Assembly: GCA_045803545.1 (NCBI GenBank)
Contig: JBJMOW010000002.1
Coordinates: 352,001-416,000, forward strand
DNA: 64,000 nucleotides
Direction: 5' to 3'
From: Gemmatimonadaceae bacterium
GTDB taxonomy: Bacteria > Gemmatimonadota > Gemmatimonadetes > Gemmatimonadales > Gemmatimonadaceae
Position 1 is the stretch's first letter, and every line of letters begins with the position of its first letter. The notes beneath the pieces are model-generated. The model made no database searches, was not told the DNA's origin, and was given only the letters and a program-made list of their open reading frames with translations. Both the position numbers and the translations under genes were made by a program. This document shows, in pieces, positions 28,725 to 37,865 of this stretch.

Positions 28725-29902
28725 CCTGGATTGCGCCGATCATCGTCTTTGGGCTCGTCGTATTCGTCCACGAACTCGGGCACTTCATCGCCGCCAAACT
28801 TACTGGCGTCTACGCCCCCCGTTTCTCGATCGGCTTCGGTCCGGCGCTGCTGAGGAGAAGAGTCGGCGAGACAGAGTACGTCCTCGCCGCGTTGCCGCTC
28901 GGCGGCTACGTTCGCATGGCGTCCCGCGAAGACGAAGCCACGGCATTTCTGGAAGGCGGCAGCGAAAACTCGGCGACGCAGCCCGGTGCCAAGGACGACT
29001 GGGATCCCAACGCCATGATTCCCTTCGGGCCTAAGCCAATTCCAGAAGCACGCTGGTTCGAATCGAAGCCGCTCATCGCCAGGCTCTTCATCATGCTGGC
29101 CGGCGTCACGATGAATGCGCTACTCGCCTATTTCATCTACGCCGGACTCCTATTGAAATCGGGATTGCCGACGCCAATTCCGATCGCGGCGATCGTCAGC
29201 CCGGGGAAGCCAGCTGCGGCAGCGGGGATTCAGCCCGGCGATAGTATCGCGACGCTCAACGGCCGTCCGCTCGAACGCTGGGACATGCTGCTCGATTCGA
29301 TCGGCGCGTCCGCGGGTCGAACTATCGATCTGGGGCTCGTCCGACAGGGTAAAGCAGTTAGCGTGCGCGTTACGCCGGTCGCTGAGTCAGTTCCCGATCC
29401 GCGCACCGGCGTGAAGCGTACCCTCGGCAGAATCGGGATGGTGGCGAGCGAAGGCTTCACTCCGATCTCAGCCGGCGAGGCGTTTTCCGAGGCATGGCGT
29501 CTCACTCTCGACAACGGCAGCAAAATCTTCTCTGCACTTGGAATGCTCATTCACGGAGTCGGCGTCTCCGACCTGGGCGGCCCGATCGCGATTGCACAGG
29601 TGTCGGTGCAGGCAGCACGCGGCGGAATTGAAACTCTGTTATTGCTGATCGCTCTGATCAGCATCAACGTAGCGGTGTTCAACCTGTTGCCGATTCCAAT
29701 TCTGGATGGCGGTCAGATTCTGCTGAATGTTGCAGAGACGGTGAAGGGGAGTGCGTTCAGCACGCAAACCCGTGAACGAATTCTGAAGGGTGGTCTGCTG
29801 ATCATCGGTTTGCTGTTCGTGACGGTGATGTTCAACGACATCAGTCGAAACATGCAGAACATCGTTCGTCTGTTGGGTCGGTTGTTCGGGCGTTCGGCTT
29901 AA
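28718..29902 (+). CDS. rseP: RIP metalloprotease RseP
   Basis: HELGH, PLGGYV, PDZ domain, NLLPIPILDGG. Confidence 0.95.
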   Translation: MLTWIAPIIVFGLVVFVHELGHFIAAKLTGVYAPRFSIGFGPALLRRRVGETEYVLAALPLGGYVRMASREDEATAFLEGGSENSATQPGAKDDWDPNAMIPFGPKPIPEARWFESKPLIARLFIMLAGVTMNALLAYFIYAGLLLKSGLPTPIPIAAIVSPGKPAAAAGIQPGDSIATLNGRPLERWDMLLDSIGASAGRTIDLGLVRQGKAVSVRVTPVAESVPDPRTGVKRTLGRIGMVASEGFTPISAGEAFSEAWRLTLDNGSKIFSALGMLIHGVGVSDLGGPIAIAQVSVQAARGGIETLLLLIALISINVAVFNLLPIPILDGGQILLNVAETVKGSAFSTQTRERILKGGLLIIGLLFVTVMFNDISRNMQNIVRLLGRLFGRSA

Positions 29903-29924
29903 ACCTTTTCGCTCCGGCCACGTA

Positions 29925-30470
29925 GTGAGCCGAGTGATTTCCCGAAACGAGATGCCTGATTTCAGAGCTGAAGACTACCGACTCACTGGCGAACAGCGCA
30001 CGTCGCAGTTCGGCGCAGCGTCCAGAGAACCGAATGAGGGAGCGCAGCTGATCGAGAACGCGCGCGCGTCTCAGGCGGGTGTCGTCTCGTTTCTCAGTAG
30101 CACCGAACGCGAAGGGCGATGGCAGGTGCCGCGTCGTTTTCGCGCATTGGCCGTGCTGGGCAACGTCGAGCTCGATCTGCGCATGGCGGAGGTCGGTTAC
30201 GGGCTAACGGTGATCGAAGCTGTCGCTGTGCTCGGCAACGTCGAGATCAAAGCTCCCCCCGAAATCACCGTAGAATGCGATGGTGATTCGTTGATGGGCA
30301 CCTTCAACCTCAAGTACGAGGGCCGCGCCAGTCCGTCGATGGCGAGCCGCGAGAAAATCGTGCGAGTAACGGGCAGCGCGTACGCCGGCGCGGTCACCGT
30401 TATCGTCAAAGGTCCGGACGAAAACTTTCTGAGCCGCCTCACGGGCGGTCGTTGGCGCAGCGAGTCGTAG
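29925..30470 (+). CDS. Hypothetical protein, LiaF/DUF2154-like beta-repeat domain (start 29925 or 29952)
   Basis: Repeated AVLGNVELDL / AVLGNVEI units. Confidence 0.6.
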   Translation: MSRVISRNEMPDFRAEDYRLTGEQRTSQFGAASREPNEGAQLIENARASQAGVVSFLSSTEREGRWQVPRRFRALAVLGNVELDLRMAEVGYGLTVIEAVAVLGNVEIKAPPEITVECDGDSLMGTFNLKYEGRASPSMASREKIVRVTGSAYAGAVTVIVKGPDENFLSRLTGGRWRSES

Positions 30471-30495
30471 TCGCAGAGGCCGCACCAAAATTCAA

Positions 30496-30524
30496 TTGAA
30501 GCACAGAGTCTGCCCGGCTAAATT
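30496..30524 (+). promoter_or_regulatory. Candidate sigma70 promoter of yggS (near-leaderless)
   Basis: TTGAAG-N17-TAAATT, ending 8 nt before ATG 30533. Confidence 0.55.
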
Positions 30525-30532
30525 TGCATGCT

Positions 30533-31216
30533 ATGGCTTTTCCGGGCCTGGCCGAGCGCGTGGCCGATGTGCGGGCCAGAATCGCCGCGGCGGCTGCCCG
30601 GGGCGGGCACAAACAGCAAGTCACGGTCGTTGCGGTTACGAAGACGCACGGACCGGAAGCGGTCGAAGCCGCGTACCAGGTTGGTCTGCATGACGTCGGC
30701 GAGAACAAGGTACAGGAAGCACTCAAAAAGATGCCGGAAGTCGATGTTCCGGTGCGTTGGCATTTGATCGGGCATCTTCAACGCAACAAGATCAAATCGC
30801 TCGACCAGTTCGTGCTGCTTCACTCGCTCGACACCGCGCGTCTGGCGGATGCAGTTTGTGCCTTCGGAATCGATCGAGGTAGAGCTGTCGACGTGCTGGT
30901 GGAAGTGAACATCTCCGGAGAAAAGACGAAGGGCGGTTACACCGTGTCGGACCTGCTCCCGGAAGCAGAAAGGTTGGCGACTTTGTCCGGGCTGCGCGTC
31001 CGTGGAGTCATGACAATGGCTAGCTTTACCGCTGGCGAAGCGGCGCTCCATCGGACATTCGCCGAGGCGCGCGAAGCGCGCGAGGTATTGGCGAGTGCCG
31101 GGCATCCGGCTGAGGAGCTGTCGATGGGGATGTCCAACGACTACGAGATTGCAGTGGAAGAAGGGGCAACGATGGTGCGGCTGGGGACAACCCTCTTCGG
31201 AGCGAGGGCCAAATGA
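30533..31216 (+). CDS. yggS: YggS/PLP homeostasis protein
   Basis: VAVTKT, GENKVQE, WHLIGHLQRNK, LSMGMS.DY, VRLGT. Confidence 0.96.
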   Translation: MAFPGLAERVADVRARIAAAAARGGHKQQVTVVAVTKTHGPEAVEAAYQVGLHDVGENKVQEALKKMPEVDVPVRWHLIGHLQRNKIKSLDQFVLLHSLDTARLADAVCAFGIDRGRAVDVLVEVNISGEKTKGGYTVSDLLPEAERLATLSGLRVRGVMTMASFTAGEAALHRTFAEAREAREVLASAGHPAEELSMGMSNDYEIAVEEGATMVRLGTTLFGARAK

Positions 31217-31734
31217 TGGATGAAGCGTTTCATCTTACGCCTCTCGACGTACGGCGCTACGACTTCGGTCGTGCTCTCCGGGGATACAACCCTGCGCGCG
31301 TAGATCAGTTTCGCGACCAGGTCGCTGAGGAGCTGGAGCGTCTCACACGGATCAACCAGGATCTCGATGCAAAAGCGCGCAGCTTCCACGAGCAGCTCCG
31401 CGCTTTCCGCGAGCGCGACAAGGCATTGAATGACGCGTTGATTGCTGCGCAACAGCTCCGCGACGACGTTCGCGGACAGGCGGAGCGCGAGGCGCAGCTC
31501 ATCATCCGCGAGGCGCAAGGTGAAGCCGAGCGAGTAATCGAAGCCGCCAGAGTCGAAGTGCGTCGCATGGAGGAAGAGCTCGACAATCTCGACCGCTCGC
31601 GGCGAACCTACCTTGCGCAGATGCGCACGTTGATCGCGCGACAGCTGTCAGAGGTCGAAGCGTCTGATTCCCAGGTCATTTCCAGCACGCTGCGTGGCGC
31701 TGGCTCCAATTCATCGGGCCCGAACAAAGAATGA
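31213..31734 (+). CDS. divIVA: DivIVA-domain protein
   Basis: LTPLDVRRYDF..LRGY...VDQF N-terminal motif plus coiled coil; yggS-divIVA-ileS synteny. Confidence 0.9.
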   Translation: MMDEAFHLTPLDVRRYDFGRALRGYNPARVDQFRDQVAEELERLTRINQDLDAKARSFHEQLRAFRERDKALNDALIAAQQLRDDVRGQAEREAQLIIREAQGEAERVIEAARVEVRRMEEELDNLDRSRRTYLAQMRTLIARQLSEVEASDSQVISSTLRGAGSNSSGPNKE

Positions 31735-34700
31735 CAGCAGTTCGCCCCGCGCAAAACGCGCCGGGTGGTCGAGGAAAGGGGGCAAACGAAGCGGGGAAGG
31801 AGATACGCTTCCGCCCGCTTCCCACCGATCGCTCACCGGATGATCTCGAGCAGGAAATCCTGGCGCGCTGGCGCGAGGAGAAACTGTTCGAGCAAACGCT
31901 CGCGCAATCGGAGGGCAAGCCTGAATTCGTTTTCTTCGAGGGCCCGCCGACGGCGAACGGTCAGCCGGGCATTCACCACGTATTCGCGCGCACGGTAAAG
32001 GACCTTTTCTGCCGCTACCGCGCCATGAGTGGCAACCATGTCGCGCGCAAAGCGGGGTGGGACACGCACGGCCTGCCGGTCGAAATCGAAGTCGAGAAGC
32101 GGATCGAAACTGACTTCGGCATCCGCACCGCCAAGCAGCAAATCGAAAAGATCGGCGTCGAGCGGTTCAACGAGATGTGCCGCGAGAGTGTGTGGCGTTA
32201 CAAGAACGACTGGGAATCGCTCAGCGAGCGCATCGGCTATTGGCTCGATTACAGCGATCCATACATCACATACTCCAACGATTACATCGAGAGCGTGTGG
32301 TGGGCGCTGGCGACGCTCTTTCGGCGCGGCCGGTTATATCGCGGCCACAAGGTGCTGCCGTATTGCGCGAGATGCGGCACGACCCTCTCCAGTCACGAGG
32401 TCGCGCAGGGCTACAAAGACGTCAAGGATCCCAGTGCGTTCGTCGCGCTCGACATCGTCGACGAGAAGACTCCTGGCCGCCGGCGAATCGTCGTCTGGAC
32501 GACGACACCGTGGACGCTCGTCTCCAATGTGGCGTTGGCCGTCAATCCATCGCTCGAATACGTCGAGCTGCGAAAGAGAAAGTCCGAAGCCAACGAAACT
32601 TTCATTCTCGCCCTGCCGCGGCTGCCAGCGGTGCTCGGCGATGATTTCGCGGATCGGTGGGAAACGATTCGCTCTTTCCGCGGCAAGGATCTGGTCGGGA
32701 AGCGATACAAGCGGCCGCTCGACTGGGTTCCTTACAAGGACGGGAAGCACGAGATCATCGTCGGCGAAGATTTTGTCTCATCGGAGGAGGGAACCGGAGT
32801 GGTGCACATGGCGCCCGCATTCGGCGCCGATGACTATGCCGCCGGACAGCGACATGGGCTCGACTTCCTCCAGCCTGTCAATCTTCGTGGTGAGTTCCCA
32901 GCCGAGATGCCGCTCGTGGGCGGCAAGTTCGTCAAGGACGCGGACCCCATCATCATCGAGGAGCTGAAACGACGCGGGGTATTGTTCAAGACGACGGCGT
33001 TCGAGCATGCGTATCCGCACTGCTGGCGGTGTGAGACGCCGCTGCTCTACTACGCGCGAACATCGTGGTTCATTCGCACTACCGAGTTCAAGGACTCCAT
33101 GCTCGTGCGCAACTCGCGCGTCGACTGGCATCCGCCCGAAGTCGGAGCCGGTCGCTTCGGCGAGTGGCTGACGAACAACATCGACTGGGCAGTTTCGCGC
33201 GATCGGTATTGGGGTACTCCACTTCCCATCTGGGTCTGCGACCGCGACAGCTCGCACGCCGAAGCGATCGGCGGATATGCGGAGCTCGCTGAGCGTTCAG
33301 GCAAATCGCTCGGCGACGGGTTTGATCCGCACAAGCCATTCATCGATCGTTACTCGTGGCAATGCAGCTGCGGCGGGACGATGACTCGCACTCCGGAAGT
33401 TATCGACGCCTGGTTCGATTCAGGATCGATGCCCTTTGCTCAGTGGCATTTTCCGTTCGAGAACAAAGAGAAATTCGAGCGTTACTATCCGGCGGATTTC
33501 ATCGCCGAAGGAATCGACCAGACCCGCGGCTGGTTCTATTCGTTGCTCGCTATCGCAACCGGCCTCGGCGATGCGTTACCGAATAATCTTCTTTCGCACG
33601 AGTTGAACCTCGGCGCAGAGGGCGAGAAGAAGCCCGCCGGGGGAGCGAGCACCTACGCCGTCGACACCGCACCGTACCGATCGGTCGTCGTCAATGATCT
33701 GGTGCTCGACGCCGATGGACAGAAAATGTCCAAGCGACTCGGCAACATCATCAATCCGAGTACGGTGATCCCGCGCTACGGCGCCGACGCGGTGCGTCTT
33801 TTCCTCACAACTTCGAGCCAGATCTGGACGCCGCGCCGCTTCGATGAGGCGGGCATTCGTGATACCGCTGGCCGGTTCCTGCTCACTTTCAAGAACGTTT
33901 ATACAGGCATCTTCGCCGAGTACGCGAACTTTGGCTGGAGCCCCTCAGCCGACGATCCCGCAGTCAGGAATCGGCCATTGCTCGACCGCTGGATTTTGTC
34001 GCGGCTCGCGACGGTCGAGCGGGAAGCAAATGAGATGCTTGGGCGCTACGAGGCGACGAACGCCGCCAAATCGGTGATGAGCTTCTTCGACGAAGACGTG
34101 TCGAAGTGGTACGTCCGGCAAAGCAGGCATCGCTTTTACGATGTCGATGGAGAAGACAATCGCGCCGCGTTTGCAACGCTGCACGAAATCCTCGTCGTGA
34201 CGTGCCGGCTGCTGGCGCCGTTCGCGCCGTTTATCACCGACTGGGTCCACCGCGAGCTTACCGGGAAGTCGGTTCACCTGGTGCCTTACGCACGGGGTGT
34301 CAGCGCCGAGGGTGAATCCAATGTGGATTTTGAGCTGGCGATGTCACACGTGCGGGCTCTGGCGACCCTCGGTCGCGCGGCGCGTGAGGACGCCGGAGTG
34401 AAGGTGCGCCAGCCGCTTTCACGCATGGTGTGCGTGGTGCCGATGCACGGTGTCTTGCCGGTGGGGGCGGAGACATCTACCAACGTACTGCTGGATCAGC
34501 TAAGCCCGCTCTTGGCGGCCGAGCTCAACCTTAAAAAAATCGAGTTTATCACAAGCGCTGACGACCTAGTAACTTTAAAGGCTAGACCGAATTTCCGTTC
34601 GCTGGGTAAGAAATTTGGTAAAGCGACGCCACTCGCGGCGGAGGCAGTGCAGGCCTTGAGCAGCGAAGCGCTGAGAGATTTCGAGGCCGGCAAGCCGTTG

Positions 34701-35102
34701 TATGTGTCAGTCGAGAATGAGTCACGTGAGCTGAGTGCGGACGATCTGGCGATCACTCGCACTGCGGCGGGTGAACTCACCGTGAAGGAGGAAGCCGGCT
34801 ACTTCGCGGCGCTCGATCCGAAAGTGACGCGGGAACTGAGGTTGGAAGGCCTCGCCCGCGAAGTGGTGAGTCGGATTCAGCGACTCAGGAAAGAATTGGG
34901 TTTCGCCGTCAGCGATCGCGTTACGCTGTCTGTTGCCGGCGATGCGGAAATTGTCGAAGCGGTCAAGGCGTTCCAGCAGTGGATCGCCAGTGAAGTGCTC
35001 GCCGTAAGAATCTCGGTGAGTGAAAAGAACGAAACACACGCGACGCACACGTTCGACCTTGATGGACAGATCGTGCAAGTCGCCCTCGCGAGGGTTGGTT
35101 AG
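31731..35102 (+). CDS. ileS: Isoleucyl-tRNA synthetase, type 2
   Basis: EGPPTANG..GIHH, GWDTHGLP, WTTTPWTL, EGIDQTRGWF, KMSKR; IleRS2-type C-terminus (EGLAREVVSRIQ). Confidence 0.97.
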   Translation: MTAVRPAQNAPGGRGKGANEAGKEIRFRPLPTDRSPDDLEQEILARWREEKLFEQTLAQSEGKPEFVFFEGPPTANGQPGIHHVFARTVKDLFCRYRAMSGNHVARKAGWDTHGLPVEIEVEKRIETDFGIRTAKQQIEKIGVERFNEMCRESVWRYKNDWESLSERIGYWLDYSDPYITYSNDYIESVWWALATLFRRGRLYRGHKVLPYCARCGTTLSSHEVAQGYKDVKDPSAFVALDIVDEKTPGRRRIVVWTTTPWTLVSNVALAVNPSLEYVELRKRKSEANETFILALPRLPAVLGDDFADRWETIRSFRGKDLVGKRYKRPLDWVPYKDGKHEIIVGEDFVSSEEGTGVVHMAPAFGADDYAAGQRHGLDFLQPVNLRGEFPAEMPLVGGKFVKDADPIIIEELKRRGVLFKTTAFEHAYPHCWRCETPLLYYARTSWFIRTTEFKDSMLVRNSRVDWHPPEVGAGRFGEWLTNNIDWAVSRDRYWGTPLPIWVCDRDSSHAEAIGGYAELAERSGKSLGDGFDPHKPFIDRYSWQCSCGGTMTRTPEVIDAWFDSGSMPFAQWHFPFENKEKFERYYPADFIAEGIDQTRGWFYSLLAIATGLGDALPNNLLSHELNLGAEGEKKPAGGASTYAVDTAPYRSVVVNDLVLDADGQKMSKRLGNIINPSTVIPRYGADAVRLFLTTSSQIWTPRRFDEAGIRDTAGRFLLTFKNVYTGIFAEYANFGWSPSADDPAVRNRPLLDRWILSRLATVEREANEMLGRYEATNAAKSVMSFFDEDVSKWYVRQSRHRFYDVDGEDNRAAFATLHEILVVTCRLLAPFAPFITDWVHRELTGKSVHLVPYARGVSAEGESNVDFELAMSHVRALATLGRAAREDAGVKVRQPLSRMVCVVPMHGVLPVGAETSTNVLLDQLSPLLAAELNLKKIEFITSADDLVTLKARPNFRSLGKKFGKATPLAAEAVQALSSEALRDFEAGKPLYVSVENESRELSADDLAITRTAAGELTVKEEAGYFAALDPKVTRELRLEGLAREVVSRIQRLRKELGFAVSDRVTLSVAGDAEIVEAVKAFQQWIASEVLAVRISVSEKNETHATHTFDLDGQIVQVALARVG

Positions 35103-35104
35103 AG

Positions 35105-35524
35105 ATGGCAACAGCAGCCAGTAAGAAGCCAAAAGCGATGCCGAAGAAAAGTCTTCAGCATTTTGAGAAGCGCTTGCTCGAGGAGAGGAGGCGCGTTTTG
35201 AAGGAGCTGGGGCATTACGACGAGACTTTTGGATCGACGCCTCAGGGTGCTGACGGCGATCTGAGCGCATACTCATTCCACATGGCCGATCAGGGTACCG
35301 ACGCGATGGAGCGCGAGAAGGCATTCCTCTTCGCGAGCCAGGAGGGTCGTTTCCTGTGGCACATCGACGAGGCCCTGCGCCGGCTTTATCGAAACCCTGA
35401 GCAGTTCGGCAAATGCCATAACTGCGGCAAGGAAATCAGCTTCGAACGTCTCGACGCGCTGCCACACGCCAGATACTGCATCGAGTGCAAGCAGCGTGAA
35501 GAAGATGGAAAGCGGCAAGTCTAA
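35105..35524 (+). CDS. DksA/TraR C4 zinc-finger protein
   Basis: HMADQGTD coiled-coil tip; CHNC..I..ERL.A.P..YCIEC. Confidence 0.92.
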   Translation: MATAASKKPKAMPKKSLQHFEKRLLEERRRVLKELGHYDETFGSTPQGADGDLSAYSFHMADQGTDAMEREKAFLFASQEGRFLWHIDEALRRLYRNPEQFGKCHNCGKEISFERLDALPHARYCIECKQREEDGKRQV

Positions 35525-36041
35525 CACGCCCCTCTTCTGGGGCACGCTGATTACGGTCGTAGCACTCGATCTCGTCACCAAACTGATTGCGGCGGCGACG
35601 CTATCGCCGCAACACGTTCCGCACGAAATCATCGGCAACCACCTGCGGTTGACGCTGGTTTACAATCCCGGCGCGGCGTTCGGCCTCAATCTCGGCATCT
35701 ACTCGCGCTGGATCTTCATGGCGTTGACTGCTGGCGCCCTGGTCATTCTTGGCAGGCTGTACAAGGCTACGCGTGATGGAGACTATCTGCGCGCAATCGC
35801 GCTGGGGCTGGTCTGCGGCGGAGCGGTCGGTAACCTGATTGACCGCGTCCGCTCAGCGGCCGGCGTTGTCGATTTCATCGACGTTGGCGTCGGTGATCTG
35901 CGCTGGCCGACCTTTAACGTGGCCGACATGGCGGTGAGCGTCGGTGCGTTTCTCCTCGCCTGGGTATTGTGGGGTGAAGAGCGGGCGCCAACCCCAGTCG
36001 TTGGAGCAACACCCGTATCGGACACGCCAGCGGAGAGCTAG
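35505..36041 (+). CDS. lspA: Lipoprotein signal peptidase II
   Basis: NPGAAF, GAVGNLIDR, VVDFI, FNVAD. Confidence 0.96.
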   Translation: MESGKSNTPLFWGTLITVVALDLVTKLIAAATLSPQHVPHEIIGNHLRLTLVYNPGAAFGLNLGIYSRWIFMALTAGALVILGRLYKATRDGDYLRAIALGLVCGGAVGNLIDRVRSAAGVVDFIDVGVGDLRWPTFNVADMAVSVGAFLLAWVLWGEERAPTPVVGATPVSDTPAES

Positions 36042-36043
36042 GC

Positions 36044-37018
36044 CTGAGCGACATTCGAGAGTTTCCCGTCGGGGCGGACAGCGATGTCCGCCTCGATTTG
36101 TTTGTAGCCCACCAGGCGGATCTGTCGCGGACTCAGGCGGCAACCCTCATCGCCAACGGCAACGTACTTGTCGACGGGCGCCGTGAACGGGCGAGCTACA
36201 AGCCCTTGAGTGGCGAAGTTGTGCGCGTCGAGATCCCGCGCGTAGAGAAGCGGGAGGTCCTTGGCGAGGACATCCCTGTCACGATCGTCTACGAGGACGA
36301 GTCGCTGCTGGTCGTCGACAAACCAGCCGGTATGGTGGTGCATCCAGCTCCCGGCAACTGGACGGGAACCCTTGTTAACGCATTGATTGGCCGAAGCGGG
36401 GGCCTGGCGAACGAGGGCGAGGAACCCGAGCGTGCCGGGGTCGTCCACCGCCTCGACAAGGAGACGTCCGGCCTCCTTATCGTCGCCAAAACGGATCGTG
36501 CCCATCGCCTTTTGAGCTCCGCCATCGCCACCCGACGGGTCACCCGGAGGTACGCGGTTATGACGTGGGGTCACCTGACATCGGATAAGCTGACTATCGA
36601 CAAGCCGATAGCGCGTGATCCGCGAGACCGGAAGCGCATGGCAATCGTCATTAAGGGTCGGCCGGCCAAGACCGACCTCATACGCCTTGCTCGGTTCGAT
36701 GCGGGGGACCTTCTTCGTGCCCATCTCCATTCCGGACGGACTCACCAAATCCGCGTTCATGTCGCGTCTATCGGCCATCCTGTCATGGGCGATGACACGT
36801 ATGGCGGGGGCGGAGGACGTCGTGTGGCCGGGCTTCCTCCCAAGCGGCACTTCCTCCACGCGGCCTGGCTCGCCTTCAATCATCCAGTGACAGGCAAGCC
36901 CCTCGATTTTCGCTCGCCTCTACCAGAGGATTTGCGCCGCTCACTCGATGTGATCGCCGGTCAACATTCATTGCCGGCCGCTGCCGATCCACTGGAGGCA
37001 TTCGGCTTCTATGAGTGA
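36044..37018 (+). CDS. rluD: RluA/RluD-family pseudouridine synthase (probable CTG start)
   Basis: S4 domain (RLD..LSR), KPAGMVVHP, HRLDKETSG, GRTHQIRVH. Confidence 0.93.
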   Translation: MSDIREFPVGADSDVRLDLFVAHQADLSRTQAATLIANGNVLVDGRRERASYKPLSGEVVRVEIPRVEKREVLGEDIPVTIVYEDESLLVVDKPAGMVVHPAPGNWTGTLVNALIGRSGGLANEGEEPERAGVVHRLDKETSGLLIVAKTDRAHRLLSSAIATRRVTRRYAVMTWGHLTSDKLTIDKPIARDPRDRKRMAIVIKGRPAKTDLIRLARFDAGDLLRAHLHSGRTHQIRVHVASIGHPVMGDDTYGGGGGRRVAGLPPKRHFLHAAWLAFNHPVTGKPLDFRSPLPEDLRRSLDVIAGQHSLPAAADPLEAFGFYE

Positions 37019-37502
37019 CGCGGTTACGCTGCCTCCAGAGCAAGAGGTTGCACAGGAAGCGCCGGTACCGACGCGACGCCTGCTGGTGTTCGACGTGGGT
37101 GGAACCCAGTTCGGTTGCGACATGGATGCGTTTCGCGAGATCGTCCCGACACCGCGATTAACCAGATTGCCCGGGGCGCCCGAGACGGTGTGTGGCCTGA
37201 TCAATCTTCGCGGCACCATCGTCACCGTTCTGGACGGCGGCCCGGTACTCGGAAGGCCTGCCTTCCGTCGCGCCGAGGGACTCGTCCTGATCATAGAGAG
37301 TCAGGAGCGATGGATTGGTATGGGCGTTGATGACGTGCGCGACGTCAAGGATGTACCGGTCGACAGCGTTCAACCCGCAGGTAGGCACAACGTACCGGTA
37401 GCGGCAGCGGTGACTGGAGAAGTGGAGATCGACGGCGAGCGCGTGTTTGTGCTCGATATCACAACGGTGGTTCAGCAAGTAATCGGAAAAGGGGGGAGAT
37501 AA
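37011..37502 (+). CDS. cheW: Chemotaxis coupling protein CheW
   Basis: TRLPGAP..VCGLINLRGTIVTV, GMGVDDV. Confidence 0.92.
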   Translation: MSDAVTLPPEQEVAQEAPVPTRRLLVFDVGGTQFGCDMDAFREIVPTPRLTRLPGAPETVCGLINLRGTIVTVLDGGPVLGRPAFRRAEGLVLIIESQERWIGMGVDDVRDVKDVPVDSVQPAGRHNVPVAAAVTGEVEIDGERVFVLDITTVVQQVIGKGGR

Positions 37503-37865
37503 GTGAGTAGCACTGTACTCGTTTGTGACGACGCCGTATTCATGCGGACGATGGTCAGCGACATCCTGTCGCAGGCTGGGTTTACCGTCGTTGGTGAAGC
37601 CGAGAACGGCAAGCAGGCGGTTGAGAAATACAAGCAACTCAAACCTGACCTGGTGACGATGGACATCATCATGCCGGAGATGGGCGGCATCGAAGCGGTG
37701 AAGCAGATCACCCAGGCCGATCCTGCTGCGCGAATTCTGATGTGCAGCGCGATGGGCCAGCAAGCGCTGGTGCAGGAGGCCCTGCAGGCGGGCGCGCGTG
37801 ATTTCGTGGTCAAGCCCTTCCAGCCGAGTCGAGTTTTGGAAGCCGTGCAACGGGTCCTCGCATAA
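37503..37865 (+). CDS. cheY: Chemotaxis response regulator CheY (Bacillus/Thermotoga-like)
   Basis: DDAVFMR, DLVTMDIIMPEM, CSAMGQQ, FVVKPF. Confidence 0.93.
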   Translation: MSSTVLVCDDAVFMRTMVSDILSQAGFTVVGEAENGKQAVEKYKQLKPDLVTMDIIMPEMGGIEAVKQITQADPAARILMCSAMGQQALVQEALQAGARDFVVKPFQPSRVLEAVQRVLA

